Assembly: GCA_964430995.1 (NCBI GenBank)
Contig: CAYSIG010000032.1
Location: forward strand, 1,743 to 65,742
Length of the DNA stretch: 64,000 nucleotides
Direction: 5' to 3'
Source of the DNA: an uncultured Flavipsychrobacter sp.
GTDB taxonomy: Bacteria > Bacteroidota > Bacteroidia > Chitinophagales > Chitinophagaceae
The translations under genes were made by a program, and so were the position numbers. The notes beneath the pieces were generated by a model that had not been told where the DNA came from, searched no databases, and was given only the letters and a program-made list of their open reading frames with translations. Positions 58,968 to 64,000 of this stretch are shown here, piece after piece (position 1 is the first letter of the stretch; every line of letters begins with the position of its first letter).

Positions 58968-59396
58968 ATGCTTCAGATAGCCATCATCAACGGCCCCAAC
59001 CTTAACCTCCTCGGAACGAGGGAGCCACATATGTATGGGAGCCAGAGTTTTGAGCAGTATTTTGCCGGGCTGAAAGAACGTTTCCCATCGGTGGGGTTGG
59101 AGTATCACCAAAGCAATGTGGAAGGCGAACTGATCAATATACTGCATGGCTGTATGGGCAAAGTGCAGGGTATAATACTGAATGCCGGCGCCTATACGCA
59201 TACCAGCATAGCGCTTGCCGATGCCATTGCAGCTATTGGCATACCGGTAGTGGAAGTACACATATCCAATGTACTTGCCCGCGAAGATTACCGCAAAACG
59301 TCTTTTATTGCTGCTAAATGTGTGGGGTCCATCAGTGGGTTGGGCCTTAACGGATATGCACTGGCCGTGCAGCATTTTCTGGATACTACCCCCTGA
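58968..59396 (+). CDS. aroQ: Type II 3-dehydroquinate dehydratase
   Basis: INGPNLNLLGTREP..YG, QSNVEGELI, NAGAYTHTSIA, EVHISNV..RE. Confidence 0.97.
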   Translation: MLQIAIINGPNLNLLGTREPHMYGSQSFEQYFAGLKERFPSVGLEYHQSNVEGELINILHGCMGKVQGIILNAGAYTHTSIALADAIAAIGIPVVEVHISNVLAREDYRKTSFIAAKCVGSISGLGLNGYALAVQHFLDTTP

Positions 59397-60318
59397 AACC
59401 TCTCAAAAAGTCAGTGATGCCCATCCTTTTTTTCCCTTCCTGCTGCAGTTCATTTACATAAACCCAGCCATCCTTTGCAGCAAAGCGCAGGTACGATGAG
59501 TGGTCTGTATCATAGCTTCCGGCTTCAGCACCGTGGTCTTCCTGCTTGTAAGTCGTACTGTATACTTTGATAGACTTATCTCCCAGCTTTGTAATAGCCG
59601 CAGGGTATGGCGACAGGCCGCGCACAAAATCATGTATCTCCGTGCCCGTCTTTTCCCAGTTTATTACAGTATCCTCCTTAAATATCTTAGGGGCATGTCT
59701 TATTGCATTTGCATCTATATTATCCTGAGGAATTTCCTGCAACGCACCTTCCGCCAGGCCCTTTACAGTCTTTACCAGCAGCGCTGCTCCCGCCGCCATA
59801 AGTTTATCATGCATGGTTCCGGCATTATCTTCCGGCAGTATGGGTACTTTTTCCTGCAATAATATATCCCCCGTATCTATCTGGTGTTTCAGCTTGAATG
59901 TAGTCACGCCCGTTACTGACTCCCCATTCATGATAGCCCTGTTTATGGGCGCCGCGCCACGGTACTGCGGCAGCAGTGAGCCATGCACATTGATAGTGCC
60001 CATTGGAGGCATATTCCATACCACCTCCGGCATCATACGGAATGCCACGACTATCTGCAGGTCAGCATTAAGGCCCCTCAACTGTTCCAGAAACTCAGGG
60101 GCTTTCATTTTCTCCGGCTGCAAGACCTGCAAACCTTTAAGCAAGGCGTACTGCTTCACCGCCGATGCCTGCAGTTGCATACCCCTGCCGGCTGGCTTAT
60201 CGGGGGCAGTAACTACCGCCACTATATTTGCGCCCGCATTCACCAGCGCATCAAGCGATGCAACGGCAAAATCGGGGGTGCCAAAAAATACAATACGTAA
60301 CTGCTCAAATGTGCTCAT
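59386..60318 (-). CDS. fmt: Methionyl-tRNA formyltransferase
   Basis: FFGTPDFA, VTAPDKPAGRG, NVHGSLLPQYRGAAPI, IDTGDI, RGLSPYP. Start at ATG 60318 is supported by a TAGCTTTG box at 60327-60334. Confidence 0.97.
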   Translation of the reverse strand: MSTFEQLRIVFFGTPDFAVASLDALVNAGANIVAVVTAPDKPAGRGMQLQASAVKQYALLKGLQVLQPEKMKAPEFLEQLRGLNADLQIVVAFRMMPEVVWNMPPMGTINVHGSLLPQYRGAAPINRAIMNGESVTGVTTFKLKHQIDTGDILLQEKVPILPEDNAGTMHDKLMAAGAALLVKTVKGLAEGALQEIPQDNIDANAIRHAPKIFKEDTVINWEKTGTEIHDFVRGLSPYPAAITKLGDKSIKVYSTTYKQEDHGAEAGSYDTDHSSYLRFAAKDGWVYVNELQQEGKKRMGITDFLRGFRG

Positions 60319-60356
60319 CCGCGCTGCAAAGCTAACTTTAATCAAGGAATACCTCT

Positions 60357-62234
60357 CTACCTGATCCTCCCTTCTTTTCGCATTACAGCCAACGCATTGA
60401 GTGACTGCGGGTATTGAGGGTTCGATTTCAGGCTATGCTGCCACGCATCAATGGCCTGGGGGAATTTCTGCTCAACATAGAAATTCACCCCTACATTGAA
60501 GAACATTTCATCCAGTTTGGGGTAACGCGGATATAATTCCTGCACCTTCTTCAGATTGTATACGGCACTATCCGGCACCTTCAACTTGAAGTAGGCCATA
60601 CCCCGGTTAAGATAGCCGGACACGAACGCAGGGTTTATCTCTATGGCCCTGCTAAAGTATTTGATACCGTTGCGTATGCTTTCCTCTTTTTTCTTTTCAT
60701 CCTTTATGTAGTCCGACATATTCACATAAGACGAAGCCACATCGGCATTCACAAGAACGCTGTTGGGCGCCACCTTTATATCCTCAAAGAACAAGGTGTG
60801 GTCATTCTTCCAATACTGGTTCCGGTCGATGGTCTTGAAACCGAAAAGACCAATTACCAATAACAGGCAGCCGGCAAGTGCCACCCTTCCTATTGCTTCT
60901 GTCCCTATCTTTTGCGCCCCCATATTCAGCCCATACGCCACCGCCATACAAAAGCCTAAAGACGAGTGATAGATAAGACGTTCGCCCATGGTGCCGCCTA
61001 TATTGAAGATGATGTTATTGATCAGTAACAGGTTGCCTATATAGAACGCTATGGCAAAACTGAGGACATGGCGCCTCTTGAGGAAATAGAAAAAATACCT
61101 GATGATAAGAATATGTACAATAAGCGACACCCAAACCATGAGATTTGTAAAATCACTGTAAGGAATGGTATTGTACGAGTAATCAGCAGATAAGGGATGC
61201 GGGAAAATAAGCAGCTTCAGGTAGTTCAGCGTAGTAGATATTTTGGTAGCCAGTTGTTGCTGTTCATCGGCCAGTGCATATGGGTTATTCAATATATCGT
61301 TTACAGAATCCTCACTCATGGGGGCCACTATCTGCAACCTGATGACCATATACACGGCCATAACGCCGAAATATGGCAGCGATGCCGTAAGGCTCTTAGA
61401 CATAGAGAAATCATTGAACAGGTAGAACGCCAGCGGCATCAGGATGATAAGACTTACTGCATATTCCTTGGAAAGGAACGCCAGCAGATAAAACAGCATA
61501 CCTAACCCCAACCATTTTTTATCGTTCTTTTCATAATACTTGAACGCGGAAATGAATGTGAGCCCTATGAACATCAACGACATGATCTCATCACGGCTTT
61601 TCACATTCGCCACCACCTCTGTATGAATTGGGTGCGCTATGAACAACAGGGCCGTTATGAACGCCACCAACGGATTTTTCTTAAAGACAACATACCTTAA
61701 AAAAAGCAGCAACACCACCATCGACATAGTAAACCACACCACCTGCAGCACATGCCTTGTCTGCATTTGCCGGTTGAATTTTTCCTCCTGCGGGCCAGCC
61801 TCCCCCGCATGGGCCACAACACTATCCAACACTTTGCCCGCAGGTATAGGGCCGAGAAACTGCTGCTCTACAGCGAAAGTAACAATAGACAACGGCCTGT
61901 AACGGCCACCGGACAGCTGATTACTGGAGTTGAACTGCTTATAATAACTATCGAACGCGTCTTTGGTGAGGATGCTGCCTATACCGGCAAAACCTTCATA
62001 TACATATTCATTCTTGGCTATTACAATGGTATCGTCCAGCGCATACTCATGCCTGAAGGTATTGGCATAAAGCAGAATGGATAATACCGCCACTACTATT
62101 GCCTGCACCTTGAACTCATATATCCAGGCGGGCATTTTAAGGTCTGGAAAAAACGGAACGGGCACACTGGTCTCTTTCTTCTGTGCTAGCGGCTGCGGCC
62201 GCTGAGGGTTACCTTTATTTATCTTGTTTGCCAT
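60357..62234 (-). CDS. TMTC-like GT-C glycosyltransferase (DUF1736 plus TPR), copy 1
   Basis: EYALDD acidic loop, HPIHTEVVANVKSRDE, LSKEYA, PHPLSADYS, MGERLIYHSSLG, TIDRNQYWKND, C-terminal TPRs. Confidence 0.85.
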   Translation of the reverse strand: MANKINKGNPQRPQPLAQKKETSVPVPFFPDLKMPAWIYEFKVQAIVVAVLSILLYANTFRHEYALDDTIVIAKNEYVYEGFAGIGSILTKDAFDSYYKQFNSSNQLSGGRYRPLSIVTFAVEQQFLGPIPAGKVLDSVVAHAGEAGPQEEKFNRQMQTRHVLQVVWFTMSMVVLLLFLRYVVFKKNPLVAFITALLFIAHPIHTEVVANVKSRDEIMSLMFIGLTFISAFKYYEKNDKKWLGLGMLFYLLAFLSKEYAVSLIILMPLAFYLFNDFSMSKSLTASLPYFGVMAVYMVIRLQIVAPMSEDSVNDILNNPYALADEQQQLATKISTTLNYLKLLIFPHPLSADYSYNTIPYSDFTNLMVWVSLIVHILIIRYFFYFLKRRHVLSFAIAFYIGNLLLINNIIFNIGGTMGERLIYHSSLGFCMAVAYGLNMGAQKIGTEAIGRVALAGCLLLVIGLFGFKTIDRNQYWKNDHTLFFEDIKVAPNSVLVNADVASSYVNMSDYIKDEKKKEESIRNGIKYFSRAIEINPAFVSGYLNRGMAYFKLKVPDSAVYNLKKVQELYPRYPKLDEMFFNVGVNFYVEQKFPQAIDAWQHSLKSNPQYPQSLNALAVMRKEGRIR

Positions 62235-62299
62235 TATTAATAAGTGATAGCCAAATATAATAGTTTATCCTTTTATTCTGCACCGTTTTAAAAAAATCA

Positions 62300-64000
62300 T
62301 CAGGGTACTCTCCGGTTTTGCAACGCACTGTCCACATCATGCACCGCCTTTTGCAGGTACATATCATTAGGGTACAATCTTTCTGATGCCCGGAGCGCGG
62401 CCAAAGCCTTCTCGTATTGGCTTTGCTCATAATATAGAATACCCGCCCTGTAATACATTTCCGGCAGCTTAGGATGAATAGGATACAGTTTAAATATCTT
62501 ATCAAGGTCCTTCATCATACTGTCTGCCTGGCCTAGTTTATAATACCCTATACTCCTGTTCATATAGCCCAGCACATAATTATCCTGCATACCAATTACC
62601 TTATTGTACAACGCCACACCTTTAGCCAATCCCTCATTCCGTACCTGCTCATTTGTCTCCAGGTCCGCCTTATTTATCAGCAGGCAAGCCACATTTGCAT
62701 TCACAAGGAAGCTGTTCGGTGCCACATTGATGTCCTGCATAAATAAGGTTTCATCATTTTTCCAGTCTTTATTGCGGGTTATTGTTTTAAAACCCGATAA
62801 TACAACAACGGCCAACATACCGGCAATGGCCACACCGTGCCTTATGGAGGGGCTACTTATAGCCTGTATGCCCTTGCCGAGTAAATAAGCCAGCGCGATC
62901 ACAAAACCCACCGACGCATGAAAAATAAGCCGCTCACCCATGGTAGCGCCTATATCAAACAAAAAGTTGTTGACCATAAGCAGGTTGAGCAGGTAGAAAG
63001 CAATAGCAAAACTCAATATGCTGCGCTTTTTGAGAAAGTAAACGAACCCTATCACTAATGCAATGTGAGCTAATGCCGATAGCCAAACCAAAGGATGGGC
63101 GAAATCTTTGTATGGTATCTGGTTATAGGAATAGTCAGAGGAAAGCGGATGTGGAAAAATGAGCAACTTCAGATAATTAAGGGAGGTAGCTATCTCGGTC
63201 GCTATTTTTTCGGCAACCGATGCCCATGCATAGGGGTTAATTTGAATGTCGTCATCAGAGAGCTCATTTCGTGGCCCGATAATCTGGAACCTTATCAGTA
63301 AATAAACAAGCGCAACAGCGAAATATGGTAGCGATGCCTTGAGGCTTTTACCTACTGTATCTTTCCTGAACACATAAAATGACAATGGCAGTAAAACCAC
63401 CAGTGTGATGGCATATTCCTTTGAGAGAAAAGCGAGGAAGTAACTCACCAGGGCTGCGCCAAGCGCCCACTTTTTCCCGCCCTGCTCCCGGTACCTGAAA
63501 GCGAAAATAAAGGTGAGACAAATGAACAGCAGCGACATGAGCTCATCGCGGCTTTTCACGTTCGCCACCACCTCTGTATGTATGGGGTGAATGATAAATA
63601 GCACAGCAGCAACAAAAGCCGGCAGCAGTGCACTACCAAATACCACTTGCCGCAGAAAGTACAACAACACAATGCCCATCAGCGCATACAACAGCACATT
63701 GACCACATGCCTCACCTGCATCTCATGTACGAACCGCTGCTCATAAGGGGCTGTCTTTTCATACATTACCCCATAGTTAAGAATGCTATCTTGTGCACGG
63801 TCTGTAACGGCCCCAAAAAACTGCTGCTCCACCGCAAAAGTGACAATAGATAATGGCCGGTACCGCCCGCCTGATAGCTGGTTGCTCGATTTTAGCTGCT
63901 CGTAATAACTGAAGTACGCATCCTTAGTAAGTATATCCGGTATGCCCGCAAAACCCTGGTGCACATATTCATTCTTTAAAATGACAACCGTATCATCAAG
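62300..64000 (-). CDS. TMTC-like GT-C glycosyltransferase (DUF1736 plus TPR), copy 2, 5'-truncated by the window edge
   Basis: The frame stays open to 64000 (LDDTVVILKNEYVHQG), so the ORF-track start at 63964 is not the real start; HPIHTEVVANVKSRDE, PHPLSSDYS, MGERLIFH, TITRNKDWKND, TPRs. Confidence 0.85.
   Translation of the reverse strand, partial: LDDTVVILKNEYVHQGFAGIPDILTKDAYFSYYEQLKSSNQLSGGRYRPLSIVTFAVEQQFFGAVTDRAQDSILNYGVMYEKTAPYEQRFVHEMQVRHVVNVLLYALMGIVLLYFLRQVVFGSALLPAFVAAVLFIIHPIHTEVVANVKSRDELMSLLFICLTFIFAFRYREQGGKKWALGAALVSYFLAFLSKEYAITLVVLLPLSFYVFRKDTVGKSLKASLPYFAVALVYLLIRFQIIGPRNELSDDDIQINPYAWASVAEKIATEIATSLNYLKLLIFPHPLSSDYSYNQIPYKDFAHPLVWLSALAHIALVIGFVYFLKKRSILSFAIAFYLLNLLMVNNFLFDIGATMGERLIFHASVGFVIALAYLLGKGIQAISSPSIRHGVAIAGMLAVVVLSGFKTITRNKDWKNDETLFMQDINVAPNSFLVNANVACLLINKADLETNEQVRNEGLAKGVALYNKVIGMQDNYVLGYMNRSIGYYKLGQADSMMKDLDKIFKLYPIHPKLPEMYYRAGILYYEQSQYEKALAALRASERLYPNDMYLQKAVHDVDSALQNRRVP

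Noticed and set aside
907-63853. The many overlapping antisense or alternate-frame ORFs in the track (e.g. 18639-19490, 21233-22051, 27698-28357, 39737-40132)
   Set aside because: They lie wholly within well-supported genes and lack motifs, consistent with shadow ORFs from codon bias.

Overview
Chromosomal window from a Bacteroidota genome, probably Chitinophagales. This is inferred from TAnnTTTG/TAnnTTTA -7 promoter boxes just upstream of many start codons, a T9SS C-terminal sorting domain and Bacteroidota-type L36/L17. Housekeeping blocks are the infA-rpmJ-rpsM-rpsK-rpsD-rpoA-rplQ operon, gmhA-gmhB, queA, ffh, rnpB (RNase P RNA), parE, xerD, aroQ and fmt. These are interleaved with envelope, signalling and accessory genes: a GAF histidine kinase, a 14-blade propeller adenylate cyclase, a 2261-aa T9SS Ig-repeat protein, GT-C glycosyltransferases, a subclass A2-like beta-lactamase and a duplicated acyltransferase-3/PagL-like deacylase cassette. 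No CRISPR array, rRNA, tRNA, intact transposase or recognisable anti-phage system was seen. The most unusual signals lie at 12.3-17.3 kb: (i) two diverged tandem small proteins of unknown family that each keep an almost identical 5' leader motif; (ii) an array of GGTATA-N2-TATACC palindromes spaced 20-21 bp; (iii) a 210-bp segment bounded by inverted palindromic repeats with compensatory changes, sitting inside a probable Rhs toxin-tip remnant upstream of an orphan lipoprotein. Also notable are a 75-aa ORF that is 44% acidic with no basic residue, an unlisted 55-aa His/Cys-rich ORF and tandem TMTC-like glycosyltransferases. All family assignments come from visual motif recognition; no database search was run.
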